From Lingula anatina (lineage: Eukaryota > Animalia > Brachiopoda), in contig CM120643.1 in assembly GCA_051362555.1 (NCBI GenBank), forward strand, positions 14,482,644-14,546,643: a stretch of DNA of 64,000 nt. Reading direction: 5' to 3'. The notes under the pieces are model-generated. The model was not told where the DNA came from. It did not search any database and saw only the letters and a list, made by a program, of their open reading frames with translations. Below are positions 26,123 to 37,508 of the stretch, piece after piece (the first letter of the stretch is position 1; every line of letters begins with the position of its first letter). The position numbers and the translations under genes are program-made.

Positions 26123-28090
26123 CTATCGTCCTTGATTGCTGTTCTGTTGGCCGTATGGACTGGTTCCATAATTGGTGCTGGGGTTTGAGTAACTGTTCTG
26201 ATTACCGTACAGACTGGATTGACTTCCGCCCACGTTGTTCGGTGAATAACTGCTGGACGATGTCCCAGAGGGTGTGTTAGAAGGGGAGCCATTGTTCTGG
26301 AGAACAGGGACGCCGTTATAGATAGGAGTGCCAGGCGGAGCTGGGTTAAAGTTGTTTCCTAAGCCAGTCTGTGTAAACTGAGACGGTTTCACGTTGTTTA
26401 AAGTGTACGTATTTGTACGCGGTGCTGCTCCTGGGAGATTACTGTAGGCGCCGGTGTACGCAGCGTACGGGCTGTATCCGTTCTGAGTCTGTACGCCATA
26501 GGGACTGCGACTGTAGATCGGACTGGGACTGTTGTACTTGGCGACAGGCCGTTGATAGCCACCACCGATCTGCCCGCTGTTGCCGTAATTGCTCGTTGGG
26601 TTTCCCGTGTAGCTATTGCCTCCAGTGTACGAGCCTTGGCCGCCAGTATAGCTGGGGGATCCAGTCAAGGTACCTTGATTACCATTATAATTTGGGGTAC
26701 CGGTTAACGTGCCCTGGCCGCCGTTGTAGCTTGGTGTGTTTGTGTACTGGCCTTGACCTCCGGTGTAACTTGGGACTTGACCACCATTGTAGTTAGGGAC
26801 GCCAGTGTTGTATTGCCCCTGGTTGCCTGTAAGGGTGCCTTGGCCACCGTTGTAATTTGGAGAACCAGTTAAAGTACCTTGCCCGCCCGTGTAGCTTGGT
26901 CCGCCCGTGTAAGACCCTTGTCCGCCAATTAAAGTGGGTGTGCCTGTAAGGGTGCCTTGTCCGCCATTGTAGCTCGGAGTGCCTGTATATTGGCCTTGTT
27001 GTCCAGCATTATAAGTTGGAGTGCCTGTGTAAGAACCTTGGCCGCCATTGTAATTTGGAGAACCAGTCAAAGTACCTTGCCCGCCTGTGTAGCTTGGTAC
27101 GCCCGTGTAGGAACCCTGGCCTCCTGTATAACTGGGAGCGCCTGTAAATGTGCCTTGACCGCCATTGTAAGTCGGAGCGCCGGTAAACTGACCTTGGCCG
27201 CCCAAATTGTAGTTAGGGGAGCCTGTCAAAGCCCCCTGGCCGCCATTATAGACAGGAGCTACAGCCTGACCGCCGTTGTAGGCGGGCACGCTACCATATC
27301 CACCCTGACCCCCTGTTATAGATCCCGTGTACAAACCTGGAATACTACCCTGATTTCCGCCATAGGGAGTTTGGGAGCCGAGATACTGGCCTTGAGGGGG
27401 GCCCTGTGGGGTGTTATAACTTGGCACCGCGCCTTGGTAAGGGCCCTGTACTGTATTGATAGGTTGGTTGGCAGTATACCTGCCGCCATTTGCTGGGATT
27501 TGGCCGTACTGTGCGCCGCCCGTGTATTGCGTGGGACTGGGGACTACCCCGGGAACACCAGCAGGTGCCCCGCCTGTGAACTGTGGGGTTCCAAAGCTTC
27601 CTGGCAAACCTCCGTAGCTGACTCCTGGGATCTGTCCGCCGGCGTTGTAACCACCGGGAGCGGGGCCCGCCGGGAGTCCTTGGTACTGACCTACGGCAGG
27701 TAGACCCTGGTATTGTCCGGTCGGGGAGACACCCAGGACACCTCCATATTGCTGGGCAGGACCTCCCGGGGGTGCTGTCAGATATTGCCCCGGACCGCCT
27801 GCTGGGAGACCGGGCTGGGCATACGGGCTGTAATGAGGAGCTACGCCTGGGTACTGACCTTGGGGAGCGTAGGGCCCAGCCGACGGGGCGCCGAGTGGAG
27901 AATACTGTGGCAGCGGTGGCTCATCTAGCCCATAGCTTGCTAGCTGGTCCCTACGCGTCCCTGGGATACCGGTTGTGGCGTAGTCAGTGTAGTCGGAATA
28001 TCCGTCTGGACTTGGAGCGGCGCCTGCTTCTAGGTGGTTGGCGGAGGCGCAGACAGCAAGTAGAGAAAAGGCTAGCCAAACTAGCGCCAT
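26123..28090 (-). CDS. Cluster gene B: secreted Gly/Tyr/Gln/Pro/Thr-rich low-complexity protein (655 aa, single coding exon, no Cys module)
   Basis: Long GC-rich ORF. Signal peptide MALVWLAFSLLAVCASA. Imperfect 13-aa repeats Y(N/T)GGQG(T/S)(L/Y)TG(S/T)P(N/S). Almost no charged residues after about aa 60. Confidence 0.88.
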   Translation of the reverse strand: MALVWLAFSLLAVCASANHLEAGAAPSPDGYSDYTDYATTGIPGTRRDQLASYGLDEPPLPQYSPLGAPSAGPYAPQGQYPGVAPHYSPYAQPGLPAGGPGQYLTAPPGGPAQQYGGVLGVSPTGQYQGLPAVGQYQGLPAGPAPGGYNAGGQIPGVSYGGLPGSFGTPQFTGGAPAGVPGVVPSPTQYTGGAQYGQIPANGGRYTANQPINTVQGPYQGAVPSYNTPQGPPQGQYLGSQTPYGGNQGSIPGLYTGSITGGQGGYGSVPAYNGGQAVAPVYNGGQGALTGSPNYNLGGQGQFTGAPTYNGGQGTFTGAPSYTGGQGSYTGVPSYTGGQGTLTGSPNYNGGQGSYTGTPTYNAGQQGQYTGTPSYNGGQGTLTGTPTLIGGQGSYTGGPSYTGGQGTLTGSPNYNGGQGTLTGNQGQYNTGVPNYNGGQVPSYTGGQGQYTNTPSYNGGQGTLTGTPNYNGNQGTLTGSPSYTGGQGSYTGGNSYTGNPTSNYGNSGQIGGGYQRPVAKYNSPSPIYSRSPYGVQTQNGYSPYAAYTGAYSNLPGAAPRTNTYTLNNVKPSQFTQTGLGNNFNPAPPGTPIYNGVPVLQNNGSPSNTPSGTSSSSYSPNNVGGSQSSLYGNQNSYSNPSTNYGTSPYGQQNSNQGR

Positions 28091-31000
28091 GTTTTTGCTT
28101 GTTCGGGTCGGATAACAACAATACTGCCCAGTGCTTTTGATGAAATCAAGTGCTGTCGATGTCCGTGTGAGTGTAGCACCAGGTGGTAAACGAATGACCT
28201 GAAAGATGATGACTTCAGCCGTAATACCCTTTTCACTTCCTCCTGCCTCCTCGGGCGACAGCGATCGTTTACGCCGAGGCTATCAATTCCATTTTTACTC
28301 CTATACCTAATTTGTGCTAATGATATACGTGGATTCTCTTCCTTATTCTAGACTCCGAAGCGTGAGATTAAATCAGCCAAATAATGTCCCAAATGTTAAG
28401 GTCCCCCCGCAAATTATACTCCTCTCAAAGGATTAAGTGGGGTTTTTAATAAAGACTCCGTCTCGGGGATGAAATGCTAAGCAAAGGACAACTGAAACTG
28501 ATAAGGAATTTATTCAGATATTAATTCATGAATTCTAGTGGTAATTTTGCTTCGCGTGACTTAGAACACACACACAGGGAAGCTATTAGTCAAGTACGTT
28601 TACAATATCTGTACATTTTATGCTTATGATCACATATTAGCGTACTTGAACAACATTAAGAGTTTTTAATTGGTTGCCAAATAAATGATTATGAAAGGTC
28701 TCACCCCATAATAAGATATACGCCATACGTGTGTTATTTAGACCTCGGAAAAATCTTTATCTTCAGCTGCTTTGTATATCTTTTCTCATCTGAGAAAGTG
28801 CTTACTTTGTCCATCAGTGCGAAATCATTAACGGAGGCACCCGGGGAATATAAAAAAAGAAATTTGAGTCATTGACATCCTGCGATTTATGTACTTATAA
28901 TAACTGTAATCTGTAAGCTTCTTATATTATGAAAGCGTTGAAGATTATGTTTGTAAGATAGAATAACTAAAAGGACATACAGTTAAGCGATCACGCAAAT
29001 TTTAGATAAGTCTACTTTGCGTTGTTATGTTCAATATAATGTTATTGTTGCAGTAATATTGTCTTCTTAAGTCCTTCCTTGCAAAATAGCTCTCAGCTAT
29101 CTATTTATGATTTAAGGAGTCATTTGAATGTTTAATATTAGTTTTATTCGTAGTATACTTTTCGAAATCCTGCTAGAAATATGTTAACAGCTAACGTGCA
29201 GTGTGAGTATTGATGTGCGAATGTGGTATATTTTATGACAAACTGGATGCATCTATAATAGTTTTGATTTTAAAAGAAATGCTTACAAAATATTTGGATT
29301 GTTTAGGATGGCGTAAAATGAATGTCTTAAACTATAACTTGATTGGAGATATGGAGAGGAGAATGCTTTCGTCTTCTCGTGGATAATATTCTTGCACGTT
29401 TTTACCTTTCCGACTTCAATACTTTATATATTTTTTGAACATATTTATTCATTTATTTTATTTACTTGCAAATCTTTGATATGCTTTTTGATAAGATATG
29501 GTATATTACGTTTTTAAAACTTAAGTAATATTCTCGGCAATGGCTTCTTATAAGTCAATTAACATGACAAACTGCCTGCCAGTACGTGTTTCTTCCACAG
29601 TACACAGCAGAGAACTTATATTTAATTGCCAAATACTTTAAGTTGGCGTTGAACCGAAAGAAAATTCGCGGATTTGATTTAGAAACAAGCGTTAGTGAGT
29701 TTGTATTCATTTCCTGAAAATTTGACGTCATATTGAAGTGGTGCCCTCTTTCGGCGAAATGGACGATAGTGATATAATCAGAGTGACCTCAGTTGATGTT
29801 TCCTGTAAAGAGCTGAGAATATTGAATGTTTCAAAAATGGTACAAATACATCATGTAACAACTAACGCCAACCACATACATATAGGTCAGTTATTTTGAA
29901 ACGTGCTACAGGCTACAGTGCTAACTACATGTAGTTTGGAAGGTGGTGTAACATCACACGGTCATTTCCATGGTAGTTTTTATCTGTTACTTATACTTTC
30001 TGCCTGACAAAGAAAAGTCCGCCCTAAGTTTAAGAGGACCGAGAACTTTCTCCCGCCATGAAAACAACACACGCTGGTCGTTTAGATGAGCCATTGATAA
30101 CGGATTCACTGTGCTGGTTACAGCAGCTTTAATGGCGTCTGAAATTTAGACTGATTTTATCCTCCTGAGTCTAAACAATTTGTGTAAATAAACGCTTGGC
30201 CGCCACAATGAATAAAAAGTGTAACTTACGTTAGATCTTTCTTAAGTTTTTACCAAAAAATTGTCAAGTGTTATCTGACAGTCATCATTATAATAGGAGT
30301 ATTCTTATTCAAATGATGCATACTGTTATCGCAGAATTTAATGAGGACGTGAGGAACGCTTTATCTGATAAAAAATAGTCGTCAAAATTATTCTCTAACG
30401 ATACGTGTGTATCATTTGGTAAATTTTACTCACAAATCACACGCTAACGTTGTTTGAGCTATCTAAACACTAAAAGTAATTTTTGTGTTAATTTTTTACA
30501 AATTTTCTTCCCTTCTTTCTTTAGATTTTTATATTCTTTTTGTCTTGTTTTATTTATTTATTTTATTTATTTATTTATTTTTTTGCAATTACGTTGATTT
30601 ATCGCAGGGGGTCATGGTTTAACGGAGCACACCAGATAAAGCCTAGATTACATTTGAAATGCGATGCCCGTACGGTGCACGTACATGTATACTGCCCGCG
30701 ATACCCTTTTCGAACGGCATCTGAGCGGAGGTAGACGGTGGCCGTGCGAAATCACACGGAATCGTACGAATTTAAGGCCATGTAATGTAGACATACTCGG
30801 CGTAGCCCGTAATTCCTCACGATTTCAAAAAAAAAAAAATCGTGCGGACTATTTCACCGCACTGCGCCCGTGTAAATATAATCTACGCTACAAGGTACAC
30901 AGAGTTCTGTGGTCGCCAGACTAAAAAATGACTGTGGAGGGCACAGCTATACAGAATTTTCCAGAATGTTATCCAAAATATGATTAAGGTGCATTCAGAT

Positions 31001-31591
31001 CAGATGTTTCGCAGACTGACTGATCCTCCGACTAAATATAACCTCGGAGTCGGGATTTAATCCGTTTAATGGCGTGTGTGGAGGCGGGGGGATCATCAGG
31101 AATAAGCGGCATCGCTTTTTTAAGAGGGGTCGGCCATGTTTAGTCGGCAGATCAGTTAGTCCGCGCGGATCATCTGTTCTGAGTGCGCTCTTGGTGATAC
31201 ATGTACATACCCCGTGCACGATGCATATCCTGCAATTACTTTAATACGAAGACTAAAAATAAGACGTGCTAAATTTCTTCTTTTTTCTTCCTTTTTTCCC
31301 ACATGGTTTATGTAAAACTGTCGTATCTGGTTATAAAAACGGGCATTTTAAAGGTTACCGTGCAGCTTTTGTGCTCATAAAATACTTGTACTTTTCGAAG
31401 ATCAGTAATAATGTTTTGATTACGTAAATCTTGGGTAGATACACGTTTATTTCCAAGCACATAACTGTTGTAAATATCTGTTTGTATATGCCATCGAGTG
31501 ATTATGAAGGCTCTGGTGTGAAATTTACATGATAAAAAGTAAAAGAATGCAAATTAAGACTTGATAAATTGTCTGATACGTCACTTACACC

Positions 31592-31806
31592 CCATTTCCA
31601 TAGATTTTTAGATCGATCTATCCCTGTGGGGAGTCTCACTAGATTACTGTCAGCTTGGCCGGCTTAAGCGTCTGTCCCGCCCACTAAAAGCTGTAAGGGG
31701 GTAATTATCTATGGTGCCCGCTCGGCTGACTGCAATTTAGTGTGAACCCCCAGGGAGTTAGGTCGATCTAAATCTTAATCTTTAGATCGATCTAAATCTC
31801 TGGGAA
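31592..31806. mobile_element. MITE family 3, copy 1
   Basis: TTCCATAGATTTTTAGATCGATC ... GATCGATCTAAATCTCTGGGAA inverted ends. Reverse-complement homolog at 57504-57718. Confidence 0.8.
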
Positions 31807-32099
31807 AGCACCCTTAAACTGCCAGTTTGAAAAGCAGTCTTGCGGACCATTTATAATTTTGTGCCATTCTTCCCAAAATAGAAGAATAATGTACATGCAT
31901 CAGGCGCGTTTATCAGTCCCCAAGATAAGCGGGATTCTTTGATTCAGTGTCCATAAATGTTAAATACGGATTTAATCTTTTACAGAAAGTACAAAGAAAG
32001 AACACAGTTTAATTTCTCTTTCCAATAGAGGTCACCAGGGTCGCCGCTACAAATAAGGCGCAGCTCCAGCACCCTGGAACTGATTCTGCCCTGGCGACT

Positions 32100-34065
32100 C
32101 TAATATGGGGCAGGGGCTTTGGGCTTTTTGGGATAGAGTGGTCTTGGTAGGATGGATCTGCACTGTTCACCGAAGGCTTTGTCAATCACGTAACCGTTTC
32201 CACAGCAATCTTGGGTTTTCCTATTGTACACGTACTCGTGGGCGCAGCATCCCTCCGTCTTGGTATCATAAACCTTTGAACCGCACCTGAGAGAAAACGT
32301 ATTTAAAAAAATGTCACAAATTATCTCATTCCTGTATTTGATCCCTTTATCCGGGGATTCTCAGTAAAGGGGCCCAGTCAATGTAACCAGCTCAATTGTC
32401 TGGTTCTCGTCATCGCAAAGCAACACGAAAAACATCATGGATCACAAAGATTTCCCAACTGTACCAAATACTTTAAGTTTCAATTACATTGACTACTCCT
32501 TAGCGAGAACCCTGCTGCAATAGATCGATCGTCATAATACGATAACTTCTATTCTGAACACAGTCTTAATTTGGTTACTTGCCATAAAGAGAGAGAGAGA
32601 GCACATAGAAGCGAAGGGTTGTTCTAAGTCTTACCTGCCACCGTAGTTGCTTCGATATTTGTATCCAGCATCCGGAGCATAACCAGGATCAGCAGGAGCA
32701 GGGGCGTACCCAGCATCTGGGGCATAACCAGGATCAGCATGGGCGTAACCAGCATCAGGGGCATAACCAGGATCAGCAGGGGCGTACCCAGCATCGGGTG
32801 CATAACCAGGATCAGCAGGGGCGTAACCGGCATCCGGAGCATAACCAGGATCAGTAGGAGCAGGGGCGTACCCAGCATCTGGGGCATAACCAGGATCAGC
32901 AGGGGCGTAACCAGGATCCGGGGCATAACCAGGATCAGCAGGGGCGTATCCAGCATCCTGAGCATAACCAGGATCAGCAGGAGCAGGGGCGTACCCAGCA
33001 TCTGGGGCATAACCAGGATCAGCAGGGGCGTAACCAGCATCCGGGGCATAACCAGGATCAGCAGGAGCAGGGGCGTAACCACCATCCGGAGCATAACCAG
33101 GATCAGCAGGAGCAGGGGCGTACCCAGCATCGGGCGCATAACCAGGATCAGCAGGGGCGTAATCAGCATCCGGAGCATAACCAGGATCAGCAGGAGCAGG
33201 GGCGTAACCAGCATCCGGAGCATAAGCAGGATCAGCAGGGGCGTAACCAGCATCCGGAGCATAACCAGGATCAGCGACGTAGCCTGCAGGTTTACCAACT
33301 AGGTACTTCTTGCCCCTGCATTGTTCACCTTTGGCCTTCTCAATAATGTACTCATTGTCGCAGCAGTCCTGTACCTTCCTGTTGTACACATGTTTATAGC
33401 CACAGCATCCCTCAGTCATAGTGTTGTACACATTCTTGCCACATCTGTGCGAGAAAAAATCGTACTTCATTTACCTGGGATCTCCATCTTTTACAGTAAA
33501 GTATATAACAAAAGAAATATATTAGTTAAGGTTTGACTAAGAAAGGAATGGATCAGTAGAATCTAAACCTAAAGATAAATTTTCATGTGCACAAACAAAA
33601 AAAATTGCAAATTTCTTACTTTCCAGCGTAGATGGCTGGGTTGGTATAAACAGGCTTTTTGGTGTAAGCAGGTGCCGGAGCATAGCCAGGGTCAGCAGCG
33701 GGGTAAGGAGCATCCTTAGCATATCCAGGACCAGCAGCGGGGTAAGGAGCGTCCTTAGCATATCCAGGACCAGCAGCGGGGTAAGGAGCATCCTTAGCAT
33801 ATCCAGGACCAGCAGCGGCGTAGGGAGCGTCCTTAGCATAGCCAGGATCAGCGGCGGCGTACCCAGCATAGCCCGCCGGATCAGCGGCGTAATTAGCACC
33901 ACCCAAACCAGCGTATACAGGGAATTTCACACCAGTGGATGCTTTACCTTTGGCGTATCGGCTGGCTCTGGAGTACCCACCTATTGTTAGAAAGTTGGAT
34001 GTTGCACTGTCAAGAGCAAGGGCTGTTAAGACAGCCAGCACTGTGACCACCTGCATCGAACCCAT
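32100..34065 (-). CDS. Cluster gene C: secreted Ala/Pro/Gly/Tyr/Asp repeat protein with two galaxin-like modules (~480 aa)
   Basis: complement join(34065-33620,33444-32635,32286-32100) = 1443 nt, GT-AG, both introns phase 2. Order: signal peptide, AAGPGYAKDAPYP repeats, module CGKNVYNTMTEGCCG..., GYAPDAGYAP(AP)ADP repeats, module CGSKVYDTKTEGCCA..., tail PKKPKAPAPY*. Confidence 0.88.
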
Positions 34066-34121
34066 GTTTACGGGAGTCGCTGATTGTCAACTCTGAGCGG
34101 ACCACCGCAATTTCGCACCTC

Positions 34122-34128
34122 CTATATA
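34122..34128 (-). promoter_or_regulatory. TATA-like box of gene C
   Basis: Minus-strand TATATAG in a GC-rich context, ~60 nt upstream of the ATG at 34065. Confidence 0.5.
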
Positions 34129-35505
34129 CGGCCTGTCGGTCTCATTAAGTTTTATCAATTTTCCCTTTGACCCCCGTGAACAATGGGATATTTTGACTCG
34201 TTCCTTGTGAATTGTGAAAATATCCACTTTCCAGTCAGCGTTGATGTTATCGGGTTTAGATTCCCTTGGTGGGTGTGGATGATGAAAAAAATGTCTGTGT
34301 TTCAATTTGCTAATATCTTTTTTACAGATTGAAAGAATATTTTGGTGACGTGCATAGTAGGTTTCAATGCTGAAATTTTTAGATAAAAGGGGAAAAGCAG
34401 TTGCTTTATACAGCTTATGTCCACATATTTTAATGAATGATGTATAGGTTTGAGAGTTCATTTTTAGGATATGTTTATGAGATACTTAGAGACGTTATAA
34501 AGTTGTGTAAACGTGTTTCAAGCGGTATGAAAGAGCGTGGAAGCCCGCGAACGATTTTCTCTGAAGAGAACCGTCAGAGAATTTCTTAAGGGAAAGTCAT
34601 AATAGCTGAAAACAAGTTTTACACATTGGCAAAGTTTTCATAGTTTTAACTTTATCCAGGATTATTTTATCTATTTTTTTCACATCTCTTATTGCTTGTT
34701 GAGCTTTACAATGTTCACAAAAATGTTAAAATTGATATTTTAATCATATCTGTCATGAAGATGCTTGTCTCCGTACAAAATTTGACAAGTTTTTTGTATC
34801 TTACCTTCTTTTTGACTCTGCACTTTGTCCCTAGCTGATTTTTATTTTCTCCCGATTAAAAAAAGTATTAAGATAAGCCTCATTGCATGTTAACCTACTA
34901 GACAACTAGTCTTTTCATTCTTATCTTCCAGTATTAAGTGCAAAAAAAACATACACACACGAGAGGTGTGACTTCTGTAATGATGAACTTGGTTAAAGTG
35001 ATTTAGATAACGCCGAGACCTTTAATTAACATAGTTCAAACTCTTTCCTCAAGATCAATCGTCTATTGTTAAAAATTTCAAGTCTCGCTCCTGATGAGAC
35101 ATCGGTATTGGAATTTAACAAAGCTACGTGTAGCGTACAAACGGAATTTGCCAGTTTCTTACCCACTCTTGAAATATCTCGATTTATAGTTTCTCATACG
35201 AGTCCCGATAGGGTGTTGAATCAGAAACTACTGCTGGAGTCTCTAAGGGAATCATTATGAGTCCAAATGTGTAGCTTTTTGCCTTTGCTTACAACGATGA
35301 GTATCTTCAACGTAAGCTGCAACTATAAATTTATATATTTTTTTTCAAGTTTCCGACAGCAATATTATTTGTCACCCGTTTCTAAAACACTTTTTGTCCG
35401 TAAAGATAAAATAATCTCCATGATATTAGGGAAATGTAACAAGACAAGGCTTTTTAAGAACCGCTGCCTGTAGCACGTTTCAAAATAGCTGACTTATATG
35501 TAATA

Positions 35506-35684
35506 CAGGGGTGGATTGAGGCCGTCTTCTGGGTCTTCCGAAACACACAGATTTTCAAGTTTACATTGCCCGATATATATTTTTTTACCGTCGGAAGACG
35601 GTCAAAAATGGAGGATGGATCAACAAAGATAATTTGGAAGACTGTATTGGAAGAAAGTATATCTGGTTCCTGGATCTGCCCCTG
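35506..35684 (-). mobile_element. MITE family 1, copy 3 (nested in another short repeat)
   Basis: CAGGGGTGGATT ... GGATCTGCCCCTG. The flanks are homologous to the uninterrupted sequence at ~29838-29911 (inverted). Confidence 0.85.
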
Positions 35685-36469
35685 GTGTACGTGGTTGGTG
35701 TAAGGTGTTACATAATGTATTTGGACCACCTCTACCTTTGTATTTTTTTCCTCGTATAAAGCGAGGGGGGGGTAAATGTTTGGAAACGCAGGACAGAAAC
35801 ACGTGCGTAGTCATCGATCTTTGCAAATGTTTGGGAATAACGACCAAAAACCATGCTACTAACAGACGAGGTAAATCAATATATAATTTGGAGCTCTATT
35901 TCATACCTTCATGAAACTCCAGGTGGATTAGAGTTGGGTAATGATTTTCCCTGTTTTTACTCTACAGACAAGGGGGTTGTTTGTACAGGGCACCTGAACT
36001 TTAAGCTTTAAAAATCAGTCCACGTACCTGTATACTTTGAATATGTGTATGCACTGTGCATCAGCACAGTAAATGATGGACATTGTTCATGTACTTATTT
36101 ACATCATATATGTAAGAGGATAAAGATGGCTGACGGGGCGGAGTACGTGACTGGCTGAGCTGTGGAAATTTGCCATCGGATCAAGGGATGCACGAAGGGA
36201 AAAAAGTACGGGGTGAGTAACAATACTGTGATGCCACCTTGCATCGATGGAGAAGCTTGATTCTCGATATACTGTGGGAAAAGGCTGCTTTTGGACTTTT
36301 TAACATCGATGACATTAGTTGCATATTCTGAATACTGTTCATAAACTCAGGCGAACACATTGTAATACTGATCGAGCTAGCCTAATAGCCCTGTTAACCG
36401 AAATTGCAATAGCCATCTTGCTACCTCATTAGTCATTACGAACGTTGTCCAACTGTCTAAATATGAGTG

Positions 36470-37135
36470 AAACCATGCAGTGCTTTCGAAAAAATGAACG
36501 CGGACATTACAGAACAAGAATGTCTTTTCTTTGTTAAACAAATGCCTAACGGTAAAGAATTGATGGATTCACTGCTGAATTCTATAAGGTATTTTGGTCG
36601 AACACCATTTACTGTGTTCGTTTCGATATTCGTATTAAATGCAAAGCATGTCCACATCGCGAAAGCAAGGCTTGATAACATGTCTACCTAAGGGAGAGAA
36701 GAAGAAAGAATAATTAAGCAACTGGAGACCTAAATGTTTACTAAACGTCGGTTATAAAATTGCGTCCGCGTGTATTGCAAACAAAATAAAACCACTTCTC
36801 AATAGAATGATAAGTAAAACGCAGTTGGGATTTCTTAAAGGCCGATATTTTGGGGAGTGCACCCGTATGGTGAATGATTTAATGGAAAAAAAAACCGAGA
36901 AAGAAAACATATCGGGAGTTTTACTACTATTAGACATGGAAAAGACTTCGATTCGTTGTCCAGAATGGGGTTTCATAAAAAAAACACTTCACTTTTATAA
37001 TTTTGGGGAAGAAATGGTAGGATGGTTAAGAACAGTACATGAGGATATTACAGTTGAATTCAAAACAATGGTCACTTATCTAAATTCTTTGACATCAGAA
37101 ACTTCCTGTCATTGCTCTGAGTGAACATCTTAACT
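36470..37135 (+). mobile_element. Decayed non-LTR retrotransposon (L1/Tx1-like) reverse-transcriptase fragment
   Basis: Frameshifted peptides DITEQEC..VKQMPNGK, DGFTAEFYK, YKIASACIANKIKPLLNRMISKTQLGFLKGR, LLLLDMEK and EWGFIKKTLHFYNFG match the LINE RT N-terminal motifs (GPDG.T.EFYK, YKI..K.LA.R, Q.GF..GR, LD.EKAFD). Confidence 0.85.
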
Positions 37136-37299
37136 AATTTTGTGAGGCAAGCCCTTGGATAAAACAAGGCTTTTTGGTTTTACTATTATTAATGACACTA
37201 GCAAACGCCCTCGTCATGTGCCTGGTTCCGCTTTCCACGGGCTGATAATCCTGTTTTAATGGACGATGTGCCACTAAGGGAGGGTGCCATTACTCTCTA

Positions 37300-37508
37300 T
37301 CAGTGGTCAGCTGGATGACAAGGTCATTTCTGTACCAAAACTCTCCCTTGGTCATAGCACAGAGTTGTGTGCAGAATTGGCCAGATAATTATCTGTTAAT
37401 ATCTGGTGAGCTGGATGACGAAGCCATTTTTGTGCCGGAATTTTTGCTGGTCACAGCACAGAAATGCGTGCAGAACTGGTCAGGGAATTATCTGTGAAAA
37501 TCCGGTGA
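37300..37508. repeat. Two diverged ~100-bp tandem units
   Basis: CTGGATGAC at 37311 and 37411, GTGCAGAA at 37368 and 37468, AATTATCTGT in both units. Confidence 0.7.

Noticed and set aside
32624-33902. Hydrophobic LLILVM-repeat and Arg/Ile/Ser-repeat ORFs
   Set aside because: Alternative-frame and antisense readings of the gene C 39/45-nt repeats.
37303-37497. Possible ankyrin-like coding repeat
   Set aside because: The period is 100 nt, not 99, and the translation lacks ankyrin consensus residues.
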